Assembly (NCBI GenBank): GCA_951406725.2
Contig: OX597821.1
Span: 37,324,001 to 37,388,000 of the forward strand
DNA from: Octopus vulgaris
Taxonomy: Eukaryota
Length of the DNA stretch: 64,000 nucleotides
Direction: 5' to 3'
Within the stretch, counting starts at the first letter, position 1. Each line of letters begins with the position of its first letter. The notes under the pieces are model-generated. The model saw nothing but the letters and a program-made list of their open reading frames with translations. It did not search any database and was not told where the DNA came from. The position numbers were made by a program, and so were the translations under genes. Shown here one piece after another: positions 1 through 10,708 of the stretch.

Positions 1-1409
1 TTTATATATTGAGCAACTCTCATAAGCCATTTCTTTGCATCTGACAGCTTTTTAAATTATAAAGTTTTTCTCAAATCCATTTTCCCACCAGAAACTCAAC
101 ATCTGTAATCTTAAATACAAGAAAAGACCAACTCCTATCCTGCCAAACAATCCATGAATCTCATGCATTCTTGTCATGCTTTTAGTCTCTGATAAATTTT
201 TATCTGCTTTATAAGTAAACAGGTAATTTGTGAAAGAAATTAAATTAATATTTCTCTTACTGCTATCGTTCTCTCTACCCCATTTATCATAGTTCCCTTG
301 GTCCACTCCTCTATCTTGTAGCATCACTGCCCACCCCCATGATCCACTGTGTCTTGAGATGCTCCAGTATCACACCACCACTTTAGTCCTCTTTCCAGCT
401 ACTCCCACCCTTATACAATGTGAGGTTGGCCTTGTAGCTCTATTACAAGCCATTTGGGCTTGCTCTTCTATCATACTGTAACCTCTCAACATCCAACATA
501 GAACCATTGCTTTTCTCTTTTCCCCAATTTACTTCAAGAGGCCTTTTCCTTTTCCTTCCAACCTTTCTTTTCTTGCAAGTTATATGGCAACCTTGCTAAT
601 GCCAGAGTCACAAAAAATGCAACTAGTATACTCTGAAAAAAGTAGTTGGCATTAGGAAGGACATCCAGCCACAGAAACCATACCTAAGCTAACATTGGAG
701 CCCTACAGGTCACTGGATCCTGTCAAACAGTCCAACCTATGTCAACATGGAAAACAAACATTAAATGATGACGATGATTAATTCAATAAAACTAAAACAT
801 GTCACAAATCTAAGCTTAAATGAGATGAATTAAGATTATCAGTTTGATCTCAATCATCCTTAAATGTCTTAATCCTGGAAGTGTACATTGTACAGGACTG
901 GATTTGTAATGGGAACCCAAATTAAGAATAGCAACATTGTTCAGTTTAGAAATAGATTTCTGCTTTGATTTCACCCTGGTCTTTGTGAAGACATTCCAGA
1001 GTAAGACATCTGATGATGATTTGAGTCAACTGAAACACAATGGTTGATCCTTAGAAATAAGTGTTTATGATAATGTGATATAAAATGTTGAACAGGAAAA
1101 ACAGCAAGAAACATAATTACACACACAAGGTTCTATTTCTGTATTTCATCTAATAGCCTTTAGTCCAGCCCAATCTAATTGGTGAGATAATAACTGTTAA
1201 AGTAATGTACAATGTGATTCCATGACAATATGAAAGGTAGTTCATATTGTTACATGAAAACCAACAGTTCAAGTTAAAACAGCAGTTCATACATTCAATA
1301 TGGGAGACAATGAGAATGGATTTAAAATAGTCAGTGATACATCAGTTTATGTAATATGTCAAAGTTTATGAGAATAAATCTTTATTTTTTGTTATTTAGT
1401 AGTTTTTAT

Positions 1410-1803
1410 AGGAGTGGCTGTGTGGTAAGTAGCTTGCTTACCAACCTCATGGTTCCGGGTTCAGTCCCACTGCGTGGCACCTTGGGCAAGTGTCTTCTAC
1501 TATAGCCTCGGGCCGACCAAAGCCTTGTGAGTGGATTTGGTAGACGGAAACTGAAAGAAGCCCGTCGTATATATGTATATATATATGTGTGCATGTATGT
1601 TTGTGTGTTTGTGTTTGTCCCCCTAGCATTGCTTGACAACCGATGCTGGTGTGTTTATGTCCCTGTCACTTAGCGGTTCGGCAAAAGAGACCGATAGAAT
1701 AAGTACTGGGCTTACAAAGAATAAGTCCTGGGATTGAGTTGCTCGATTAAAGGCGGTGCTCCAGCATGGCCGCAGTCAAATGACTGAAACAAGTAAAAGA
1801 GAA
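1410..1803 (+). mobile_element. tRNA-derived SINE, family A
   Basis: A-box TGGCTGTGTGG, B-box GGTTCAGTCC, central (TA)/(TG) tract, tail ...ACTGAAACAAGTAAAAGA. Near-identical copies at 4477, 9797 and 26677. Confidence 0.9.
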
Positions 1804-1809
1804 TATGAT

Positions 1810-2798
1810 AAAGGTTGATAACTTGACTATAGTAAAAATGTGAATGAACATACTTCTGGGGAGAACTAGTCAGAATTGTTAAGTTAAGCGCTTGTCTCAT
1901 GGTGAGACAAGCTGAATGGAGCGTTTCATACAAAGCTGGGTTTATGTTGTTTAAACAGGCAAAATGAGTGTGTAGTCTTGATAGAAATGAGGCTAATATA
2001 CTCTGCTAGATGTCTAATGTCAGTGTGCATACACGACAGAGTGTAAGCACCCTGAGAGAAAAGTTGGGCATAAGAAACATCAGATGTGGTGTGCAAGAGA
2101 GAGACGACTGTGCTGGTATGGTCATGCGTTGCATATGGATGAGGACAGCGGTGTGAAAAAGTGTCACACCCTAACAGTGGAGGGAACCTGTGGAAGAGGT
2201 AGACCCAGGAAGACATGGGATGAGGTGGTAAAGTATGGCCTTCGAATGCTGGGCTTCACAGAGGCAATGACAAGCAATCAAGACCATCTGGAGATATACT
2301 GTGCTTGAGAAGACCGTGCAAGCCAAGTGAGATTGTAGCCATGACTGATGTTGGTTTCTCATAACTAGCCTGTTTAAAAGTACCCCTTCACTTGTCAGGC
2401 AATATGCTGGGGTTGAGATCTGTTTAACCAAGTAGAATCAAAGTTATGGTCAATGCCAGTGTTGCCTGACTGGCACCCATGTTGGTGGCATGTAAAAAGT
2501 TCCATTCAAGTGTGACAGATACCAGTGTCACCTGACTGGCATCCATGCCTGTGGCACATAAAAAGCACCATTTGAGTGTGGTCAATGCTAGTTCTACATG
2601 ACTGGCTCCCATGCCGCTGGCACATAAAAGGCACCCACTACACTCTTGGAGTAGTTGGCGTTAGGAAGAACATCCTGCTATAGAAACCTTGCCAGGTCAG
2701 ATTAGAGCCTGGTGCAGCCTCCCAGCTTGCCAATCCTCAGTCAAACCATCCAACCCATGCCAGCATGGAAAGTGGACATTAAACGATGGTGATGATGA
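1810..2798 (+). mobile_element. RTE-clade LINE 3' fragment with (GAT)n tail
   Basis: ORF 2084..2308 contains RRLCWYGH...VEGTCGRGRPRKTWDEVVK. The 3'UTR carries GGTGGCACGTAAAAAGCACC-type modules and AGGAAG..CATCC.GCT.TAGAAAC. Confidence 0.85.
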
Positions 2799-3870
2799 GT
2801 CTGCATGGTTTGTAAAGTAGAAACTGCAAAATGGCTTGAAGAATAAGCAGTAATGATGTAACAGACAAGGAAAGATATATAACTGTAAGCTACGATAGTT
2901 TGTGGCAGTAGGTTTAGCTATGACAACTAGTAACAGTAAACTGTGCGCCATTGCCTGTTTATATTTTCAATGTTCAAGAAATTTATCAAAGCTGGTTTAA
3001 ATTTTGGTAGTAACTATGTAACTTGAAGTATGCTGAAATATCAAAACGTTACATCATTATCAATAAGTGAGCTGTATGCTTGTAATAATTGTTTTGCATA
3101 GCTGTTGTATAAAGATGTTAATGATAGTGGGTCACTTTGCTGGCCACATATCAATAGTTCAGTCTGTGGAGAAAAGATAAACCAAAGTCATCAAAGCAGG
3201 GCTGTGTAGGGGGGAAAAAGAGAGAGAAATGATGTTTATCAGAACAGTCTATTTTCAGATCAGAGCATCCTAATAACAATTTCATTTCTCCTGAAATACA
3301 TCTTGTCAAACCTGGTTCAATCTAGGACTTATTATCTAAAGCTTAGGTTCCTAGTCCAAAAATTTATATTCTTATTTAAATATAAACTTCTTTTTGAGAG
3401 CAAGACTCCCCTCCCCCTGGAAAGTGACAACAAAAGTGAAACATTGAAAATGTTAGAAATATTTTTTTTCTCAAGAGTACAATCACATGTCAATTTTCAA
3501 GCTTCCTTGTTCATAGGTTTGTTTTATTTAATGTCAATTATCCCATGCTTACACAGAAGTAGTATATCTGAGGCAGAATTTTTATGAGCAGATGTGTTTC
3601 CTGTCACCAACCCCAATTTTTTTTTTTTATGGAGAGGATTTAAATTCCAAAGGAATGTGAAAATGCAATGCTAAAGGATGATTTTTGCTGATGAGAAATA
3701 TCAACAAACTTTACCAATAGCAGCCTGAACACAAACAACTAGACCACCTTAGTATCTTCTTTTTTTGTGAACATTCACACAGACATGTACACACACACAC
3801 ACACAATTAGGCTTTTTTCAGCCCCCATCAACCAAATTCCCTTACAAAGATCAAAGCACACATCCCTTTG

Positions 3871-4279
3871 GGATCTTTTTGGTTTGAACGGCAGTTTTTT
3901 CTAGCGGTATCATATGAAATTGTCACCCATAATTATGACCCTAGTATCGATCTATTGCATTTCAATCTGTTTTAGGGTTAGGGGTGGGGGGAAGGGTATC
4001 TTTTTTTCTCTTCACAAATGTAAATAAACCCAATCTGTTTCTTAAACGAGGGACATATTCATACAGCACAGAATGCTTTTTTCCCCCCTCAATAGACGTC
4101 ATTGATTGGTTGAAATTGCAGAAAAAAAAACAACAAATATCTTACAAACTATAGACTTTTCTCAATAAAGCCAAGAGAAAATGATGTTTTATAAACACAT
4201 TCTACCAGTATACGAAGTTTAAAATTTTTTAGTTACCCAGAAATTATGTTAAAAACTGCCGTTCAAACCGAAAGGATCC
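3871..4279. mobile_element. MITE with ~29-bp TIRs
   Basis: GGATCTTTTTGGTTTGAACGGCAGTTTTT ... AAAAACTGCCGTTCAAACCGAAAGGATCC; no clear TSD. Confidence 0.8.
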
Positions 4280-4476
4280 AGGATTTGCTTTCCATGGTTT
4301 TGAGAGTAAAACGTACGGGGAATGTTTCCCTTCTACTGCCAGAGTCTATATGTGAGTAAAGGTACTTTATAGGTTGCACAAAGTAGTACACTCATTTCAG
4401 TAAGTAATGTTTGAGTAAATAATGAAATGTTACACAAACAACCTTTTTCTAAGTTAAAATAAACTGAACTGAATTA

Positions 4477-4892
4477 GGCGCAGGAGTGGCTGTGTGGTAA
4501 GTAGCTTGTTTACCAACCACATGGTTTCGGGTTCACCTTGGGCAAGTGTCTTCTACTATAGCCTCGGGCCGATTTGGTAGACGGAAACTGAAAGAAGCCC
4601 GTCGTATATATATGTATGGGCAATCTTTCGTTTGTAGTTACTACAAACGAAAGATTGCCACTGTATGTATATGTGTGCGTGTATGTTTGTTTGTCCCCCT
4701 AGCATTGCTCGACAACCGATGCTGGTGTGTTTATGTCCCCGTCACTTAGCGGTTCGGCAAAAGAGACCGATAGAATAAGTACTGGGCTTACAAAGAATAA
4801 GTCCCGGGGTCGAGTTGCTCGATTAAAAGGCGGTGCTCCAGCATGGCCGCAGTCAAATGACTGAAACAAGTAAAAGAGAGTAGAGAGAGAGA
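4477..4892 (+). mobile_element. SINE family A copy with two internal deletions and a palindromic insert
   Basis: Aligns to 1410-1803 and ends in (GA)n. Confidence 0.88.
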
Positions 4893-4994
4893 GTTCGGCG
4901 AGTTATTTGCCAAGTGAGCCAAGTTAACCTGTTCAAGGGGAGGGCCTACACATCGATAGACTTGGTTCAATATTTTAAAAATGCATCAAACAAA

Positions 4995-5378
4995 TCTCTC
5001 TCTATATAAACGGCAGTTTGTCTGTGTGTGTTTCTGTGTGTCTGTTTGGTTGTACCCTCACTCTGACCACGGCTTTCAACCGATTCTGATGAAACTTGAC
5101 ACACACATAGCCCAATGTCATAATTCAAAACTAACGCAGCGAAAATTTTGAAAAGTTCCCCCAGTTCTGAAAAAAATCGATAAATTCGACATGGGGTCGA
5201 GAATCAGAAACACAAACCACAGACTATCTAGGGGACGCAACTCCACCTTTTTAACTCTCAAAAAAATTTACCATCATTTTTTCCCCATTTTTTTTGCTAT
5301 ATTTTGGCTATAACTATCTAAAAATGCTTTATAGTTATTTCCCTTACAAACCCGAGCAACGCAGGGCGATACTGCTAG
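4995..5378 (+). mobile_element. Non-autonomous Helitron
   Basis: A|TC start, subterminal hairpin CCCG-AGCAACG-CAGGG (imperfect) and CTAG|T end; no TSD, as expected for rolling-circle insertion between A and T. Confidence 0.8.
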
Positions 5379-5584
5379 TTAAAAATAAAACAGAAGCACT
5401 GAATTATATTGTAAAGGATCAAATTAAAACGAAGATTCTGGAGAAGTCAGCAAAGAGCTAATAAACATAAAATAATTAAATACATCAATAAAGAAATTCA
5501 ACAAACAATATTGTGTTCAAAAGGCATTTTAATTTACAATGATACTGAAGGATTTCCCTGGGATGCCTTCTGCATAAAATATAC

Positions 5585-5728
5585 CTATTTCTTTACTACA
5601 GACGAGGGGCCAAAGAAGGACAGACAAACGGATTAAGTCGATTATATCGACCCCAGTGCGAAACTGGTACTTAATTTATCGACCCCGAAAGGATGAAAGG
5701 CAAAGTCGATCTCGGCGGAATTTGAACT
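5585..5728 (-). mobile_element. 5'-truncated SINE family B with 19-bp TSD
   Basis: CCTTCTGCATAAAATATAC is duplicated at 5566-5584 and 5729-5747; the body matches 7076-7478. Confidence 0.88.
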
Positions 5729-6672
5729 CCTTCTGCATAAAATATACAGTTAAGTGAAGGGTAAAGACAATTCCTGCGAGGAGAAGGTAGGATGGAAAGA
5801 AGTTGGAAATTGAAATTTATTAAAAAATTAAACAGAGACGTTAATTACTGTGAGATTCCCTCAAAGTATAAATCTTGTTCGATCTTTTCTCAACGAATTC
5901 GTGTAACACCAGAGTATAAAACAGGATTAATGTCGAGGGAGAAAATAATTTCTTGAGAAGAAAATAATAACATTCGAAAATATAAATTTAGAAGAGTTGT
6001 TACTACTGTCTCGTATAATGAATAGAATCTTCATTAAGACTAATGAGGCTTTTTTCTCTTTCATCGGAGATTTAAATTCTCATCTTATCAACTAATTAAT
6101 CAACAAGTTTTGATGATTAGTATATAATTAAGTTAAGTGAGCGTCAAGAGTTTAATAAAAGAGAAGAAACCTTAAATACATGAAATATATTCCTAACCAA
6201 ATCAATTACAAATTACGACTAATTCTGTCGAAAATGAATAAAAAGTTGTCAACAGGATCTCAATGGGAATTGTCGACCAAAAATGTTGCGACTTTATTAC
6301 TTACAAGCAACAAATATTAATTAGAACTGCTATATTAGTATCAGTTTATTTGGTAACAGACTTGAAATATTAAAAGGAATAAAAGAAATGAAATCATGAG
6401 GGGGCGAAACGGGGCCGTTCTGCTGGAAATCCGCCTTTAAAAGACAAAATAAACAAGAGAAAGTTGGAAGGGAATTATTATTTATTATCGTGATTCCCTG
6501 AAATAATATCAAAAGGAATATAAGAAATGAAGTTATGAAGGGTGAGACGGAGTAGTTTTTGCTAGAAATCCGCCTTTAAAAGAAACCAAGAGAAATTTGG
6601 AAGGGGATTGGTATTTATTATCGTCATTCTTCGAAATAATATTAAGAAAGTAAGAAATGTCTTTGAACTTAC

Positions 6673-6705
6673 TTGTTTTTGAACGTCGGCATCACTCAAA
6701 GCCAT
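6673..6705 (-). CDS. ATP6V1E1: V-type proton ATPase subunit E, first coding exon (rest of gene not found; probably beyond the left edge of the window)
   Basis: Minus strand reads ATG GCT TTG AGT GAT GCC GAC GTT CAA AAA CAA|GTAAGT = MALSDADVQKQ. This is the conserved animal V1-E N-terminus, followed by a perfect splice donor. I did not find the expected next exon (IKHMMAFIEQEA-like) in 1-6672. Confidence 0.88.
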
Positions 6706-7070
6706 TTTTGCGGATTTAAAACTTGGACCCAAAATTAGAGAAAAAGAAATTCAAAGAAAATATCTTCTGTGGAAGAAGAAACTGCAAGAATCTCGTGACG
6801 ACGGAATTTGACCTTCAAAGGAGATTGGAACGTTTGGCAAGGTTTCGTATCTTTTTATTTTGGTTTTCTCTGTTATATTTTGGAACTATCAAAATATGTT
6901 AACTGTTGTTAAAAATAAAATTATTATTATTTTTATTGAAATAAAAAATGTACTTTCGTAATTGGATTTACTAGATGAATGTTTACAAAACTGTTTCTTT
7001 ATTACACGGTGTATTATGAAAAGATGTATCACGTGAATTTTTATAATCAGCTGATTTCGATGGTAGTTTA
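6706..7070 (-). promoter_or_regulatory. Putative 5'UTR/promoter of V-ATPase E with CLEAR-like E-boxes
   Basis: Locally CpG-containing region upstream of the ATG. Palindromic TCACGTGA at 7029-7036 and GTCACGAGA (minus strand; one mismatch to GTCACGTGA) at 6791-6799. Confidence 0.55.
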
Positions 7071-7075
7071 ATCAA

Positions 7076-7478
7076 GGCGGTGAGCTGGCAGAAACGTTAG
7101 CACGCTGGGCGAAATGCGTAGCCGTATTTCGTCTGCCGCTACGTTCTGAGTTCAAATTCCGCCGAAGTCGACTTTGCCTTTCATCCTTTCGGGGTCGATT
7201 AAATAAGTACCAGTTACGCACTGAGGTCGATATAATCGACTTAAACCGTTTGTCCTCTCTATGTTTAGGCCCCTGTGGGTAGTAAAGAAATAGGCATTTC
7301 GTCTACCGCTACGTTCTGGGTTCAAATTCGGCCGAGGTCGACTTTGCCTTTCATCCTTTCAGGGTCGATTAAATAAGTACCAGTTACGCACTGAGGTCGA
7401 TATAATCGACTTAAACCGTTTGTCTGCGCTTGTTTGTCCTCTCTTTGTTTAGCCCCTTGTGAGTAGTAAAGAAATAGG
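7076..7478 (+). mobile_element. tRNA-derived SINE family B with internal tandem duplication
   Basis: Head GGCGGTGAGCTGGCAGAA, B-box GAGTTCAAATTCC; the core GCCTTTCATCCTTTCGGGGTCGAT is present twice. Confidence 0.88.
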
Positions 7479-8204
7479 TATTTTGGAAGCAAGTCAGAAA
7501 ATGACTAGATATTGAGAAGACCCGAGTGTTTTTAATACACCATATCGATGCATGTGTTTTCTGTGACAAAAAAGCAATGTAGACAACCATCTCTGTTTAA
7601 CTGGAATTGCTTTTTTAAATACAAAGTTAATGTGTTGTAAACTTTTTGTACCTTATTCAGTGTCCCATTAAAATTTTCTATGCTTTATTCTGTGTGTCAT
7701 AGAGGGAGAAAATGATTAAAAATCATTGTTATTTACTGTAAGATAATTTAATAAGCAAGACCTGCATCGAAAATCAGTATGGGTTCCAGTTCTCTTTTCT
7801 ACAATTCTTTCTTTGATTATTATCTCTCTCTCATTCTTTTCTCTTCAGTAACCCTCCCAGCATTGAATGAAAAGAAACAATCTAGTCAGAATTCTAGTTT
7901 TGTTAGGAATAAGGCTGCCTTTCTAATACTGAAACCATGTAAAAATATATCCAGTACACTCTGTAAAGTGGTTGGCATCCAATTATAGAAATCTTGCTAA
8001 AAGTCAAATAGACAAGAGCATCATCCCTGGCTCATTTAGGAAAGCAATAACTTGATTTTCACCATAACTTATCCAAGCCATGCAGGAAAAAACAGGCATA
8101 AAATGACAATGATGAGTTGTAATTCAGAGAAATCAACTGAAGACAGTGATAACAGCCTTCCTTGATTACTCCACTTTTTCATTTTTGCTCAATATTTTTT
8201 AAAA

Positions 8205-8465
8205 CCTGGCCTCCATGCCGGTGGCATGTAAAAAGCACCATCCGACCGTGGCCGTTTGCCAGCCTCGTCTGGCACCTGTGCAAGTGGCACGTAAAAAGCA
8301 CCCACTACACTCACGGAGTGGTTGGCATTAAGAAGGGCATCCAGCTGTAGAAACACTGCCAGATCAGACTGGGCCTGGGGAAGCCTTCTGGCTTTCCAGA
8401 CCCCCAGTTGAACCGTCCAACCCATGCTAGCATGGAAAACGGACGTTAAACGATGATGATGATGA
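8205..8465 (+). mobile_element. RTE 3'UTR/tail fragment
   Basis: Matches 2600-2798 and ends GTTAAACGATGATGATG. Confidence 0.85.
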
Positions 8466-8572
8466 TTTCACTTTCTGACTTCAACAAATTCACAATTACT
8501 TGATTAACTCTGAAAGTGGGCATATAGTAAAGAGACGTTCCTAAAATCAACGTACAAGGCCTCAAGTATTGT

Positions 8573-9154
8573 AAATATCTGGTTTTTTCGTAACTGGGAT
8601 GAATAGAAGGCTAGATTTTCTTGCATTAAAAGAGATACATGGCTACCTCAGTTGGGGAGAGAGAGATGATGATGAGGATGTGACAAGGAGTTGGTTAAAC
8701 TCAATATCCTTCTAGCCATCGCTCATCGTCTCTTTTTAACCAAATCCAGTGGCTAGCCTTCTCCACTGTAGATTGGATATTAGTCATGGTGGTATTGACT
8801 TTACGATGAGTTAGGCCTAGCGATAACAACAGTCGTCTCATGCCGTGTCCAACAAACCCTCTACATCCGACTTCGATAGGAAAATGTTCTGCTTTCCAGC
8901 CTGCGTCTTCACATTCCTCGAGGAGGTTTACATAACGGTTCAATTTTCGAGCCTGAGCGGCGTCCATATTATCTTCATGAGGAACCGTTAGCTTGACTAT
9001 ATTTACAACTTTCTTTCTTTCACACCACATCAAAATATCTGGTTTTTTCGTAACTGGGATGAATAGAAGGCTAGATTTTCTTGCATTAAAAGAGATACAT
9101 GGCTACCTCAGTTGGGGAGAGAGAGATGATGATGAGGATGTGACAAGGAGTTGG
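8573..9154. repeat. Perfect 122-bp direct repeat (8573-8694 and 9033-9154)
   Basis: Compared base by base; no mismatch seen. Confidence 0.95.
8695..9032 (-). mobile_element. 5'-truncated RLE-type (HERO-like) non-LTR retrotransposon, C-terminal endonuclease only
   Basis: ORF 8701..9033 reads (PDI)LMWCE...IV[K/E]LTVPHEDNM...RKLNRY...GW....PIEVGCRGF...KASHWIWLKR, a PD-(D/E)xK restriction-like endonuclease region. It is flanked by identical 122-bp direct repeats. Confidence 0.85.
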
Positions 9155-9796
9155 GTACACTCAAGTTACAGGAGGGTGTATATAAGTGGATCCAAGGATT
9201 AGATAAAGTGAGTTGGTGAGTTCACAAGACTGTGAAAGGCAGGTGGGATGTGGAGGGGAAGGAAAGTAGTGAGTGGATTCAGAGAGCAGGGTGTTAGGAG
9301 GATATATTATGGGGGGGGAGGTTCAACAGGGACATATTGGGTGGAGGTGGATTTTTGAGGGTAAGAAGAGAGAATGGGAGAAAGAAGGGAAGGAAGTACT
9401 GTGAATGGTGAATCTGGAGGAGAGATGGGTTGTGGGGAAAATATGTCAGGCATTGATTGTGAGCAGGGGAATGGACATAAGGACATGCCTTTAATTTTAC
9501 TTAGCCGGACACGTCCTCTCAAACACAGCAAATCACCAAACGTCTCAGTGCTTTGAGGATCAACATCTGAGGATCATTTTTCATCACTTTGTCTCATTCT
9601 TTCCTTGGGCTTCCTCTTTAATAGGTTTCGTCTATGTTTAGAGATTAGCACTTGTTTATGCAGCTGTCTTCATCCATACTTATCACATGACCTTACCAAT
9701 GCAGTATTCTTTGCTGCACACTACATCTGATGCCTCTTATACCCAGTTATCCTCATAAAATAATAACCTCTAATATATTAAAAAAAAATTTTTTTT

Positions 9797-10178
9797 ATTT
9801 TACTTGTTTCAGTCATTTGACTTGTGGCCATGCTGGAGCACCGCCTTTAGTTGAGCAAATCGACCCTGAGACTTATTCTTTGTAAGCCTAGTACTTATTC
9901 TATCAGTCTCTTTTGCTGAACCGCTAAGTTACGGGGACGTAAACACACCAGCATCGGTTGTCAAGCAATGCTAGGGGGACAAACACAGACACACACATAC
10001 ACATATATATATATACGACAGGCTTCTTTCAGTTTCCGTCTACCAAATCCACTCACAAGGCATTGGTCGGCCCGGGGCTATAGCAGAAGACACTTGCCCA
10101 AGATGCCATGCAGTGGGACTGAACCCGGAACCATGTGGTTGGTTAGCAAGCTACTTACCACACAGCCACTCCTGCGCC
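9797..10178 (-). mobile_element. SINE family A
   Basis: Reverse complement of the 1410-1803 element, full length to GGCGCAGGAG. Confidence 0.9.
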
Positions 10179-10498
10179 TATATATAGATCAAAACTTTAA
10201 GAGGAGCATTTTGTTAAATGAAAGGCAAAGGTTGAGTTCAACGAAATTTGAGCCATAGTTAAATATAATAATACATTTTGTACAACATTCTTATGATTTT
10301 GTCAATCCTCCATCCTAAGCAAAACAAAAAAACAAACAAACAAAAAAAAAAGGACATTTTAACAGGAAGGATTTTGTGTAGGAGTGCCTGTTTGCATGTT
10401 TGAAAATGAAGAAATGAATACAGTTACCATTGCTGAAGACTCAATCATCTTTAAGATGGTTATTTTATCAATAACTGCTGCAAATATATCTGATTTAA

Positions 10499-10708
10499 CC
10501 CTTTTGTTACTGTATTTATTTTGAGATGCTCTGTGTTTCTTTCAGTTACTTTAAATATAACAAAGAATTTAGTAAAATAACTGAGTTATCATTCAGCTAG
10601 TGTTAGGAGCATAAATTGTGACTAAGGTTTGGTGGAAAATTTTAATTCAAAACTTATTAAAACAAGACATTTGTGCTCAGAACTAGAGCCGGGTTGGTAG
10701 CAAAAGGG
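10499..10708. mobile_element. piggyBac-like MITE (210 bp)
   Basis: TTAA|CCCTTTTGTTAC ... GTAGCAAAAGGG|TTAA. Confidence 0.85.

Noticed and set aside
1010-1050. CTGATGA...GAAAC hammerhead-like words
   Set aside because: Stem II is out of register and there is no stem III/UH cleavage site.
1406-1639. Recurrent 60-96 aa ORFs (MLGGQTQTH...LLTTQPLL) at 1406, 9968 and 26853
   Set aside because: Antisense reading of SINE family A; the recurrence reflects repeat copies, not a gene family.
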